NCBI RefSeq assembly: GCF_000354175.2
Contig: NC_022359.1
Coordinates: 450,001-482,000, forward strand
Reading direction: 5' to 3'
Source of the DNA: Vibrio alginolyticus NBRC 15630 = ATCC 17749
GTDB taxonomy: Bacteria > Pseudomonadota > Gammaproteobacteria > Enterobacterales > Vibrionaceae
Length of the DNA: 32,000 bases
A program made the position numbers and the translations under genes. Numbering within the stretch: position 1 is the stretch's first letter; every line of letters starts with the position of its first letter. Below are positions 14,462 through 23,413 of the stretch, piece after piece. Below the pieces are notes generated by a model. The model did no database searches. It was not told the DNA's origin and worked only from the letters and a program-made list of their open reading frames with translations.

Positions 14462-15829
14462 ATGTTTATTCACCCCCATACCTCACTGACCTTCGAGCAG
14501 TGTCACAAGGCGCGAGTCGCGCGAGACAGTCGTTTTGATGGGCGATTTTATGTGGCGGTAAAAACAACGGGAATCTTTTGCCGTCCGATTTGCCCGGCAA
14601 ATTTGCCTAAAGAAGAAAATGTTGAGTATTTCGCTGATAAGACGCAAGCCCTTCAAGCAGGGTACCGTCCGTGTTTACGTTGTCGACCTGACAGCGCGCC
14701 TGGATCTTGGGCATGGAAAGGTGTCGAGACGACCTTTCAACGAGCAATTTCGTTAATTGATAGAGGGGAGTTGCATCACCATTCGGTGTCAGAGTTGGCT
14801 GAGTGTGTTGGGATTTCTGACCGTTACTTACGTATGTTGTTTGAGCAGTATCTAGGTATGTCACCCAAGCAGTATGCGCAATATCAGCAACTAATGTTCG
14901 CCAAACAGTTGCTTCACTCCAGCTCTATGTCGGTCACCGACGTGGGGTTTGCGTCAGGTTTTAACAGTACGCGCCGCTTTAACGATGCTTTTCAAAAGTT
15001 TCTCAAACTAACGCCTTCTCAAGTACGCCGTAAAGAGTTTGATGGTGCGGGTTGCAATCGAATTGCCTTACCTTATCGAGGTGAGTTGAATTGGTCGCAC
15101 ATGTTGGACTTCTATCGTTTGCGAGCGGTTGAGGGGGTTGAGCTAGTGAGTGATGAGAGTTATCAGCGCAACGTTTTTTTGGATAACAGCAAAGCCTGGT
15201 TTAAAGCGACAAAAGGTGAAGGATACTTAGAACTGGCGTTTGAAATTGAAGACGTAACGAAGCTGCAAAACTTGGTGTCTGACATTCGTCGTATGTTCGA
15301 TCTTGACGCTGATATTTGTACTGTTGAGCAGCATTTGGAGTATGTCGCGCCTGGGCTCGTGTCGAGTAAAGGTATTCGTATTCCTGGTGTATGGAATGCA
15401 TGGGAAGCAGGGGTTAGAGCGATTTTAGGCCAGCAGGTGTCGGTTAAAGCTGCGATTGGTCAACTTAACTTATTGGTGGCCACACTTAGTGGAGAGTCAG
15501 AAAAACGTTTTTTCCCGACTCCCAGTGATATTGCGAACTCCGATGTGAGCTTTTTGCGCATGCCGCAAAGCCGTATAGAGACGCTAGTGCGCTTCGCCCA
15601 GTTTATGCAGGACAACTCAGAAGCTGCCCCCCAGCAGTGGCTAGCTTTGAAAGGCATTGGACCTTGGACCGTCAGTTATGCTCAACTGCGAGGGCAATCT
15701 CAACCCGATTGCTTTCTAGATAAAGACTTAGTGGTGAAAAAGGCGATGCAGCGTTACCCATCACTGAATACGCACACTGCGGCCCCTTGGGGAAGCTACG
15801 CGACGTTTCACTTATGGAATCAATCATGA
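14462..15829 (+). CDS. Ada(N-terminal Zn domain)-AraC HTH-AlkA fusion: methylphosphotriester-sensing regulator / DNA-3-methyladenine glycosylase II
   Basis: Track ORF starts at 14432. ATG 14462 has the best RBS (AAGGAA 7 nt upstream); 14432 and 14444 remain possible. All four Ada Zn cysteines are present (GIFCRPICP...RPCLRCRP). An AraC-type HTH follows, then an HhH-GPD glycosylase part (LKGIGPWTVSYAQLRG...FLDKDLVV) with the Asp that aligns to AlkA D238. Confidence 0.85.
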   Translation: MFIHPHTSLTFEQCHKARVARDSRFDGRFYVAVKTTGIFCRPICPANLPKEENVEYFADKTQALQAGYRPCLRCRPDSAPGSWAWKGVETTFQRAISLIDRGELHHHSVSELAECVGISDRYLRMLFEQYLGMSPKQYAQYQQLMFAKQLLHSSSMSVTDVGFASGFNSTRRFNDAFQKFLKLTPSQVRRKEFDGAGCNRIALPYRGELNWSHMLDFYRLRAVEGVELVSDESYQRNVFLDNSKAWFKATKGEGYLELAFEIEDVTKLQNLVSDIRRMFDLDADICTVEQHLEYVAPGLVSSKGIRIPGVWNAWEAGVRAILGQQVSVKAAIGQLNLLVATLSGESEKRFFPTPSDIANSDVSFLRMPQSRIETLVRFAQFMQDNSEAAPQQWLALKGIGPWTVSYAQLRGQSQPDCFLDKDLVVKKAMQRYPSLNTHTAAPWGSYATFHLWNQS

Positions 15830-16308
15830 AAACATTTTATACCGAAATGCCGAGTCCACTAGGAACGGTGACTATCCAATCGAACGCTGAGGGCTTGCTT
15901 GGTATTTGGTTTGAAACATGCACCACTAAGCCGAGTGAGCTGGGGGTGCGAGACGAGCAGCATCCGGTTTTGCGCCAAGCTGTCACCCAACTGGATGAAT
16001 ACTTTACTGGTCTGCGCAACGAATTCGACTTGCCCCTTGCAGCGACAGGCACTGATTTTCAAAATCAAGTTTGGCAGGCACTAACGACCATTCCATATGG
16101 GGAAACGTGGAGCTATCAAGATCTCGCGAATGCGATAGGTAACCCTAAAGCTGTGCGTGCTGTTGGGTTAGCAAACGGGAAGAATCCGATTTCTATCGTG
16201 GTACCTTGTCATCGCGTTATTGGCAAAAGCGGAAAACTGACTGGGTATGCAGGTGGAGTGGAGCGCAAGCAACGTTTGCTCGCGTTGGAGCAAGGTACAC
16301 CGCTTTAA
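15826..16308 (+). CDS. ogt: Methylated-DNA--protein-cysteine methyltransferase
   Basis: Track ORF is 15787-16308. I moved the start to ATG 15826, which overlaps the upstream stop (ATGA). Active-site motif IVVPCHRVIG. 160 aa. Confidence 0.9.
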   Translation: MKTFYTEMPSPLGTVTIQSNAEGLLGIWFETCTTKPSELGVRDEQHPVLRQAVTQLDEYFTGLRNEFDLPLAATGTDFQNQVWQALTTIPYGETWSYQDLANAIGNPKAVRAVGLANGKNPISIVVPCHRVIGKSGKLTGYAGGVERKQRLLALEQGTPL

Positions 16309-16408
16309 GTGAGGCGATTCTCATATTGGGATTAAGCGTGCTACACAGGGGTAACGATAGTGTAGAGTTTCATATTCGTTATACGAATAGAAAAAGGACA
16401 ATAAGGAC

Positions 16409-17227
16409 ATGCCTTTCAAAACGGATTTTGATGCCTTCATGAGTGAGTGTTGGCAGCATCACGAGGAAAATCCCGAACAAGTTTATGCTCAGCTAGAAAC
16501 GGCTCTGAGCGAGGTGAAAGACGTTACCCAAATCGAGCGAATATTCGCATTGATGCTGCATACCGCTATTGGGCATCTCCAGTGCCCAGAACAGTTTCTT
16601 ACTTGTTTAGAGCACTTTGATGAACGCAAGGTTGCTGAGAGTTTGGCATTTCAACGCAGTATTGCCGTTGCGCGCTATTTCGTAGATGGCACTGACAATA
16701 TGGAATTATTGGAAGAGCAAGAACAACGCCGAGTTTACGCTTTGATTTCGAATGAACTTTCTGCACTTGCTCAGCTTGAACTGGCGAGTCAATGGTTGGT
16801 GAAAGCAGCGTTAGGAATGACGCCGAACGATGCAGAAGGGCCATTAGCGCGCGCTTTCGCGATCACTGCAAACAACTTAGCATGTCAGTACGAAGCGCTG
16901 GCTGAGCGCACGTGCATGGAAACATCGAAGATGTTAGAAGCAGCAACACTCGCGCTAGACTATTGGAAAGTGGCAGGGGGTTGGATGCAAGAAGAGCGCG
17001 CAGAGTATCGCTTAGCTATGAGCTTGCTTAAAGCGGATAAACCGCAAGAAGCCAAAGTGCATGCTGAGCGCTGTGAAGATATTTGTCAGCAACATGGTAG
17101 CGACGCGCTTGAGCTGTTCCACGCACATGACTTGCTGATGCAAGTACACTTCCATCTTAGCCAGAAATATAAAGCTAAATTGGATGAGGAGATGCAGCAG
17201 CACTGCAAAACGAGCTCGTTGACGTGA
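16409..17227 (+). CDS. Hypothetical all-helical protein (272 aa)
   Basis: Long ORF with even, acidic, helix-rich composition and a terminator-like hairpin downstream. No motif recognised. Confidence 0.65.
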   Translation: MPFKTDFDAFMSECWQHHEENPEQVYAQLETALSEVKDVTQIERIFALMLHTAIGHLQCPEQFLTCLEHFDERKVAESLAFQRSIAVARYFVDGTDNMELLEEQEQRRVYALISNELSALAQLELASQWLVKAALGMTPNDAEGPLARAFAITANNLACQYEALAERTCMETSKMLEAATLALDYWKVAGGWMQEERAEYRLAMSLLKADKPQEAKVHAERCEDICQQHGSDALELFHAHDLLMQVHFHLSQKYKAKLDEEMQQHCKTSSLT

Positions 17228-17242
17228 TCTTAGCGTAGAATG

Positions 17243-17275
17243 AAAAAAGCCCCGAGCGACTGGCTGGGGGCTTTA
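17243..17275. terminator. Hairpin between convergent genes (16409-17227 and YitT)
   Basis: AAAAAA-AGCCCCGAGC-gactg-GCTGGGGGCT-TT, a 10-bp stem with one mismatch and weak U-tracts. Confidence 0.5.
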
Positions 17276-17299
17276 GGGTTGTTGACTATGCAGCGATGA

Positions 17300-17908
17300 T
17301 TATGCTGCTTGCGCTTTTGCTTGGTATCGTCCTGGTTTATGGTTCATCGCCAAAATCAAGTTCGTTGCGATGGCACCTAGAACAGATAGAGCGATAAGGT
17401 GCACATCTACAATGAACAGTGACATCACCACGATGGCACAATCTAACGCCATTTGAACTTTACCCGCTCGAACTCCAAAACGTTCCTGAAGGTACAACGC
17501 TAGAATGTTAAAGCCACCCAAACTCATTTTGTGACGGAAAATTACCAACATACCGATTCCAATCAGCCCACCACCCAAAAGTGCCGCATAGAAAGGTTCG
17601 ATTCGTGAAATCTCAATCACATGATGCAGATGATCGACCGCAAAAGAGACAATCGAAACCGCAATAAAGGTATTGATAGTGAAGCGCCAACCCATGCGCA
17701 TCACAGATAAAATATAAAAAGGGAGGTTAAGAGCGAAAAATATCTGACCAAAACTGAAGTCACTCACTTTGGTTAGGAAGATCGCCAAACCAGCCGTACC
17801 GCCAGTGAGCAATCCTACTTTGCTAAAAAATATCACCCCAAGTGACACCAACGCACTGCCGAGCGTCAGAGCCAAGAGGTTCTCTCTTAGGCTATGATCT
17901 TTGTCCAT
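17300..17908 (-). CDS. YitT-family membrane protein
   Basis: 202 aa with 5-6 hydrophobic helices. Pattern ...GLLTGGTAGLAIF...GWRFTINT...GGGLIGIGMLVIFRH..SLGG resembles YitT/DUF161 proteins. AAGGAA RBS 8 nt upstream. Confidence 0.7.
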   Translation of the reverse strand: MDKDHSLRENLLALTLGSALVSLGVIFFSKVGLLTGGTAGLAIFLTKVSDFSFGQIFFALNLPFYILSVMRMGWRFTINTFIAVSIVSFAVDHLHHVIEISRIEPFYAALLGGGLIGIGMLVIFRHKMSLGGFNILALYLQERFGVRAGKVQMALDCAIVVMSLFIVDVHLIALSVLGAIATNLILAMNHKPGRYQAKAQAA

Positions 17909-18109
17909 AAATTAATTTCCTTGGTTTAAAAACCGCGCCGGAGATAACACGTCTCACGGACGCGATAGACAGTCGCCAAAATAGCAACTAACAAATCGGC
18001 CAATAAAATGTCGCGAAAAGTGATGGATGTCGAGTTTTTGGACGAGATTATGATGATATTAACCTGTTTAACATAATGTACACAGATAGAAAAACAACAA
18101 GGAAAAGTT

Positions 18110-18505
18110 ATGATTAAGAAAGTTGGCAACACCCAAATCAACACATTACATCGACTGAGTTGTCACTGTGGAAAAGTTGAGTTGGAACTGGCGTTACCCA
18201 ATGGTATTGAGAAACCGAGACGGTGTGACTGTTCTATGTGTCGACGTCGTGGCGCGATTGTCGCGTCTGTACCTTTGAACGGTATTCGTATTGTGCAAGG
18301 CGAAGACGTCTTGAAGCAGTATCAATTTAATACACACACTGCGAAGCACTTTTTCTGTGGCGAGTGCGGTATTTATACGCACCATCAGCGTCGTTCTGAC
18401 CCGAGTGAGTATGGCTATAATGTCGGCTGCTTAGAGGGCGTCAACCCATATGAGTTGGGAGCGATTGAAGTGATGGATGGCGTTAACCATCCATCCGACC
18501 GTTAG
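18110..18505 (+). CDS. GFA-family (glutathione-dependent formaldehyde-activating / CENP-V-like) zinc protein
   Basis: 131 aa with cysteine pattern CHCGKV...CDCSMCRRRG...FCGECG. AAGGAAAAG RBS. Confidence 0.8.
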   Translation: MIKKVGNTQINTLHRLSCHCGKVELELALPNGIEKPRRCDCSMCRRRGAIVASVPLNGIRIVQGEDVLKQYQFNTHTAKHFFCGECGIYTHHQRRSDPSEYGYNVGCLEGVNPYELGAIEVMDGVNHPSDR

Positions 18506-18542
18506 GTTACATTGCAAGTTAAGTGACTAATTCTAGGTGTTT

Positions 18543-19973
18543 TTAAGTAAATAAACCGCTATTCATCCACAAGTGTACCGCAATACTGGCGGCATAACCC
18601 AAGGCGATGACGGGAGCCCACTTTAGGTGGCCAAAGAAGGTGTATTGTCCACGCGCGGCTCCCATTAAAGCGACGCCTGCCGCGGAGCCAATGGAAAGCA
18701 AACTGCCCCCGACACCTGCGGTTAATGTGACGAGTAGCCAGTTGCCCATCGACATGCTTGGTTCCATGGTCAGTACAGCAAACATAACCGGAATGTTATC
18801 GACGATTGCAGATAGGACACCAACCATTACGTTTGCCCAGACTGGGTTCCATTGCGTGTACATGACGTTTGAAACCAGTTCGAGGTAGCCAAGTAAACTT
18901 AAACCGCCAACACACATCACAACACCGTAGAAGAACAACAAGGTGTCCCATTCGGCTCGAGACACACGATGAAACACATCAAACGGAACCACTGAGCCTA
19001 AGCGCTTCAATGCCTGATCGTCACCATTGGCAATTGCCATAGCCGCTTTCTTTGCGAGTGAGTGTTTGAGAGTTTGACGCAAAAAATATCCGAAAAACTG
19101 TAAGTACGCCAAGCCCATCATCATGCCCATAACGGGTGGGAAGTGCAGCAAAGCGTGGAAAGAGACTGCGGTGGCAATAGTCAGAATGAATAATGCGACA
19201 ATACGCCTTGCCCCGCGTTTTAGCTCAACGTGTTGGTGAATCGTATTCGGTTTTGTGTTTGGAACAAACAGTGACATCAAAAACGCGGGAACCAAGTAGT
19301 TCACCAATGACGGTACAAACAACGGAATGAACTCAGCAAAGCTGACATGACCAGCTTGCCACACCATCAGGGTTGTAATATCCCCAAATGGGCTGAATGC
19401 ACCGCCAGCGTTGGCTGCGATAACAATGTTGATACAAGCAAGATTGACGAACTTAGGATTATCACCAGAGACTTTCATCACTACAGCGCACATCAAAAGG
19501 GCCGTAGTTAAGTTATCGGCAATCGGTGAAATGACAAAAGCGAGAAACCCCGTCAGCCAGAACAACTTTTTGAATCCAAAACCTTTACCAACCATCCACG
19601 CCTGTAAGGCATCGAAGAGTTTGCGTTCTTCCATTGCGTTGATGTAAGTCATCGCCACGAGCAAAAACAGCAGCAACTCGGCATATTCCAACAAGTTGTG
19701 TTCTAGTGCGGATTTGGCGATTTCAGGCTGGTTGTGCTGAGCAAAGGTGTAGCCAATCAGAATCCAAATTAACCCTGCAGCGAGCAGCACTGGCTTGGAT
19801 TTTCTCATTTTCAGATACTCTTCCAACATAACCAGTATGTAAGCGATCGAAAAGATAATCAGAGCCGCGTAACCGACACCAGAATTAACAAGATTCAGTT
19901 CATTGGTTGATGCAGCAAAGGTGGCGCTAGAGAACAACAAACAGCAGAAAGCCACAATTGGATAGATTGGCAT
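18543..19973 (-). CDS. nhaD: Na+/H+ antiporter NhaD
   Basis: Track ORF is 18543-20015. I moved the start to ATG 19973 (MPIYPIVAFCC...), placing AAGGAG 8 nt upstream; ATG 19979 is also possible. Polytopic protein (~476 aa) with NhaD/arsenite-permease-superfamily character, recognised from memory of the Vibrio NhaD N-terminus. Confidence 0.8.
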   Translation of the reverse strand: MPIYPIVAFCCLLFSSATFAASTNELNLVNSGVGYAALIIFSIAYILVMLEEYLKMRKSKPVLLAAGLIWILIGYTFAQHNQPEIAKSALEHNLLEYAELLLFLLVAMTYINAMEERKLFDALQAWMVGKGFGFKKLFWLTGFLAFVISPIADNLTTALLMCAVVMKVSGDNPKFVNLACINIVIAANAGGAFSPFGDITTLMVWQAGHVSFAEFIPLFVPSLVNYLVPAFLMSLFVPNTKPNTIHQHVELKRGARRIVALFILTIATAVSFHALLHFPPVMGMMMGLAYLQFFGYFLRQTLKHSLAKKAAMAIANGDDQALKRLGSVVPFDVFHRVSRAEWDTLLFFYGVVMCVGGLSLLGYLELVSNVMYTQWNPVWANVMVGVLSAIVDNIPVMFAVLTMEPSMSMGNWLLVTLTAGVGGSLLSIGSAAGVALMGAARGQYTFFGHLKWAPVIALGYAASIAVHLWMNSGLFT

Positions 19974-20081
19974 AGACATTTCTCCTTTGTCTGGTTGGAG
20001 AAATATTAGCCACAAATGAATGAGTTAGTTGTGAGAGAGCTCGAATTAACAGTAGGAGTTAGGAAATGATAGTGTGCGCCA

Positions 20082-20198
20082 CTATTTTCTGAGTGACGCA
20101 ATGCTTGCTGCGCCGAATAAAACCGCAGCGGCATATAAACCGTAAGTTAACCAGTGACTAATCTCTAAAAAAGGAACGAGTCCTTGACCTGCCCACAT
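20082..20198 (-). CDS. Unannotated small hydrophobic protein (38 aa)
   Basis: Below the ORF-track cutoff. My own translation is MWAGQGLVPFLEISHWLTYGLYAAAVLFGAASIASLRK*. GGAGG lies 4 nt upstream of ATG 20198-20196. One predicted TM helix with a basic C-terminus. Same strand as nhaD and ~108 nt upstream of it. Confidence 0.5.
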   Translation of the reverse strand: MWAGQGLVPFLEISHWLTYGLYAAAVLFGAASIASLRK

Positions 20199-20340
20199 AC
20201 AGCCTCCGTTTAATGAGCAATGTTGTAATAGTCGAGCCAATTTAAAGGAAATGAACAATGTTTTTTGTGAGTGAAAGCAAATTCTGAAGGATTAGAAAGT
20301 CAAAAATTGGTCAGTGAGAGAGAAATCTCATTTTTAACTG

Positions 20341-20372
20341 GCTAGCTCTAACCCTTTTGAGTTAAAGCTAGC
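20341..20372 (-). terminator. Inverted repeat downstream of the acyltransferase gene (terminator-like, no clear U-tract)
   Basis: GCTAGCTCTAAC-ccttttga-GTTAAAGCTAGC, 12-bp arms with one mismatch, 22 nt after the stop at 20394. Confidence 0.3.
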
Positions 20373-20393
20373 TATATCTAGAGCTGAATGCAT

Positions 20394-21419
20394 TTAGCGT
20401 AGGAGCCATTTTTTCAACGGTGAAGCGTCGATTGCTTTCACAAGCAGTATGGTTGCAACAATTGTTGCAGGATAAATAAACACATCTTTCGCGAGGTGTT
20501 GCAGCCCGATAAATCCAGCGACATTCATCATGACAATTATGATAAGCAGATGGCTAACATATATTCCTAACACGCTAGGAGATAGTTTGAAGACCCAAGG
20601 CATGTCGCCAAAATGAGGGTGAGCCAAAAGCCACATAAAGACACCTACAGCCCAGATAACGGTACCGAATAGGAAGTCGTGCGAGTTGAAAGCGACGTCA
20701 TGTTGCATCAGCCAGTAAGCTTCACCAAAATGCAGTGCCATGCCAAGAATAATGCATCGAACCGTATTGTTTCTCGACCACCGCCACTGCGCTTCTCGTG
20801 CGAAATAACCTAGAGCAACTAGCAACGTGCTGAAAAAAGGCCCGTTACGAGTAAAGAAAGGCGCTGGCAGGTCGGTAATGAGCGCGTAACTGCCAGCAAA
20901 GACCCCGTATATGTATAGCAATACTGCAGTTGGCAGTATCAGTTGCACCATATTGATATGCACGAGAAAGGCAATTAACGCTACGGCAATGACCAGAGCC
21001 GGAATAAACCACAGATGAACGAGTCCGCCTTCGATGAGTGAATTGATCGGGGTTGACATTAAGTACCCCCAATAACCTTGCCTTTCGGCGAGATACCCTG
21101 CCTCAGCGACCGTCTGCCATTGGAATGGCATCAGTAAACTGATCATGCTCCAAATGAGCCAAACCTTCATTAACGGTTTGGCGTAGTTCTTAAGAGTATC
21201 GATAGGTGAATGACTCAACTTCGGCTGGATTAGATAACCCGAGATGAGAAAGAACAGCGGAACAGCAAAACGAGCCAGTTGGTTGAGCATATAGCCAACC
21301 CATGGTATCCCATCCCACTGCCAGTACGTCAGTGCCATCTGGCAATGCAAACCCACAATCGCAAGCATTGCAATGATACGTGCAAACTCTAAGCTGGCTA
21401 TTTTTTGTTTCTTTGCCAT
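20394..21419 (-). CDS. Acyltransferase family 3 membrane protein
   Basis: 341 aa, ~10 TM helices. N-terminal pattern LEFARIIAMLAIVGLH...ARFAVPLFFLISGYL is typical of acyltransferase_3 (OafA/YrhL-like) proteins. Confidence 0.8.
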   Translation of the reverse strand: MAKKQKIASLEFARIIAMLAIVGLHCQMALTYWQWDGIPWVGYMLNQLARFAVPLFFLISGYLIQPKLSHSPIDTLKNYAKPLMKVWLIWSMISLLMPFQWQTVAEAGYLAERQGYWGYLMSTPINSLIEGGLVHLWFIPALVIAVALIAFLVHINMVQLILPTAVLLYIYGVFAGSYALITDLPAPFFTRNGPFFSTLLVALGYFAREAQWRWSRNNTVRCIILGMALHFGEAYWLMQHDVAFNSHDFLFGTVIWAVGVFMWLLAHPHFGDMPWVFKLSPSVLGIYVSHLLIIIVMMNVAGFIGLQHLAKDVFIYPATIVATILLVKAIDASPLKKWLLR

Positions 21420-21668
21420 TACATTGTTTACCTAAATAAAAACTTAGGTGAAAATAGCAGGTTGTTACTGAAGTAATGCGTGAAAAAGTCAACAGACTTG
21501 CGCTTACATTGAAGCTGTTTTGAAAATTAAGACTTACTTCAAACTTCTTAATTATTAACCTATTAACGCAATCAATACCTGATTCGTGAGTCGAAAATAG
21601 CACTGAATAATGGTTAGACCAGTTAACTCGAGATTGCAAAAAAGAACGATCGTGCTAAAAATAAGACT

Positions 21669-22259
21669 ATGCAAAAAGGAAAAGTGACAAAAGAGTTTAT
21701 TCTGCAGCGGGCTTTTGAGATCGCCAGCGAAGACGGATTAGAAAGTCTTACGATTGGAGAGTTAGCCAAGCAATGCGGTATGTCGAAAAGTGGTCTGTTT
21801 GCCCACTTTAATTCGAAGTTGAATTTACAGCTATCGGTGCTTGATCACGCCAATAAAGTGTTCGCTGATCGGGTTATTGAGCCTGCTCGAGAACTCGGGG
21901 ATGGCAATATCGAGCGTAAAATTCGAGGGTTGCTCGACTCTTGGATGACTTGGAATCACGCATTCCAAGGAAGTTGTATGTTTCTTGACGCTTGGAATGA
22001 TACGGCAGATAAAGATTGCCCGCTTCAGGCCGGACTGCGTAAATCCATAGACACTTGGCTGAGCTATTTGGAGATCCAAATAGCGAAAGGCAAAGAGAAG
22101 CAAGAATTTTCAGCAGACTTAGATACACGCCAAGCAACGTTTGATTTGTACGGTCTCTATTTGAGTGCGCATGTTTTTTACTCAATTAAAGGTGAGCAAG
22201 AAAGCTTGCGTCTGTTTTGGCAAGGGATCGACAACTTATTTTCTCGCTGGAAAGGCTAA
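21669..22259 (+). CDS. TetR-family transcriptional regulator
   Basis: 196 aa with an N-terminal TetR HTH (LTIGELAKQCGMSKSGLFAHFNSKLNLQLSV). Confidence 0.85.
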   Translation: MQKGKVTKEFILQRAFEIASEDGLESLTIGELAKQCGMSKSGLFAHFNSKLNLQLSVLDHANKVFADRVIEPARELGDGNIERKIRGLLDSWMTWNHAFQGSCMFLDAWNDTADKDCPLQAGLRKSIDTWLSYLEIQIAKGKEKQEFSADLDTRQATFDLYGLYLSAHVFYSIKGEQESLRLFWQGIDNLFSRWKG

Positions 22260-22300
22260 TATCGGTTATTCGCTTCCCAGATTCGTAGACATAAAATCAC

Positions 22301-22330
22301 AAAGAGCGGCTGAGTTCGCTCTTTCTTATC
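22301..22330 (+). terminator. Possible terminator after the TetR gene
   Basis: AAAGAGCG-gctgagtt-CGCTCTTT followed by CTTATC. If functional, the hydrolase gene needs its own promoter. Confidence 0.4.
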
Positions 22331-22387
22331 AGCGTAAAAAGCACGACCGTTCTATTTTGTGCAAAGCTGGTAGTTAAGGACATGATT

Positions 22388-23245
22388 ATGAGTGAAAAAA
22401 TTTACTTTAATACATCGCAACGTTTCAGTATTAAGCGCAGTTTGGTGAACATTAGTACTCGGTTACACCATACACTGGCCCCGTCACATGCAAAGAAGAC
22501 CGCGCGCAAGCTTCTTCTGACACCTGCTCGTACGCAACCTAAAAATATTGAGCCTCAAGGGCTTATCAAAGGTGAAATTAAAGGGCATGCAGGCATCATC
22601 AAAACCTATACTTTGGGCTCTGGACCTATTTGGGTGCTAACTCATGGTTGGTCTGGAACGGCAAGTCAGTTTTATCCACTGATGGAACATATTGCGTCGA
22701 AAGGGTTTACTGCTTTGGCGTACGATCATCCGGCACATGGTGAGAGTGAGGGGCAGTATGGGCACATTCCGGGGTTTGTCAGAGGATTAGAAGATGTGTT
22801 GGATACGGTCGAGGATATTGTTGGCCTAGTTGGGCACAGCATGGGCACCGCTTCTGCTCTTGAGTGTAGGCACAGTAAATTAGAAAACAAGCCTTTGCTG
22901 CTTATTGCTCCGGTATTAAATTACGTAGAGAACTTATTCGGTAGCATTGCGCGTTCCGGTTACTCGATGAAGCTTTTTAATGCTGTGGTTTCAGAAGTTG
23001 AAGACCAATTTGGTTATCCGTTACAGTCCATTGATCCGATGAAGCGTTTGTCTGAGCGTCCGTCTCACACCATTATTATTCATGATGAGCAAGATAAGTT
23101 CACCAAATACAGTGTCTCGGCAAAAGCGGCTGAAGAGATTAAAAACGTTGAGTTAGTGACAACACAAGGTCAGGGGCATGGTCGAGTGATGAAGTGTGAG
23201 CAAGTCTTCAGTAGTTTTGACCGTTTGCTCGATAGTGCTTGGTAA
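22388..23245 (+). CDS. Alpha/beta-fold hydrolase
   Basis: Track ORF starts at 22382. ATG 22388 is better spaced from AAGGA. HG oxyanion-type motif (VLTHGWSG), nucleophile elbow GHSMG, and a C-terminal GHG/His. Lies downstream of the TetR gene. Confidence 0.8.
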   Translation: MSEKIYFNTSQRFSIKRSLVNISTRLHHTLAPSHAKKTARKLLLTPARTQPKNIEPQGLIKGEIKGHAGIIKTYTLGSGPIWVLTHGWSGTASQFYPLMEHIASKGFTALAYDHPAHGESEGQYGHIPGFVRGLEDVLDTVEDIVGLVGHSMGTASALECRHSKLENKPLLLIAPVLNYVENLFGSIARSGYSMKLFNAVVSEVEDQFGYPLQSIDPMKRLSERPSHTIIIHDEQDKFTKYSVSAKAAEEIKNVELVTTQGQGHGRVMKCEQVFSSFDRLLDSAW

Positions 23246-23354
23246 CCCTTACTTTTACTGATTGATTCGCTCCGTTTTGCGCTAATTCGATTTGAAAGTA
23301 ACACCTCAGACTTTTTCGTCTCTGGTGTTGCTCTTCTCGTTAAGAAGTTAAATC

Positions 23355-23390
23355 CAAAAAGGACAGCCGAAGCTGTCCTTTGTTTATTTA
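23355..23390. terminator. Bidirectional terminator
   Basis: AAAAA-GGACAGC-cgaa-GCTGTCC-TTTGTTTATTT between the convergent hydrolase and chiA genes. Confidence 0.85.
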
Positions 23391-23413
23391 GCAGAACGTC
23401 TGCAAGGCTGAAG

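Noticed and set aside
21190-21639. 149-aa minus-strand ORF spanning the acyltransferase 5' end and its promoter region
   Set aside because: It is out of frame with, and overlaps, the well-supported acyltransferase gene. It extends through AT-rich intergenic DNA and has no RBS or motif.
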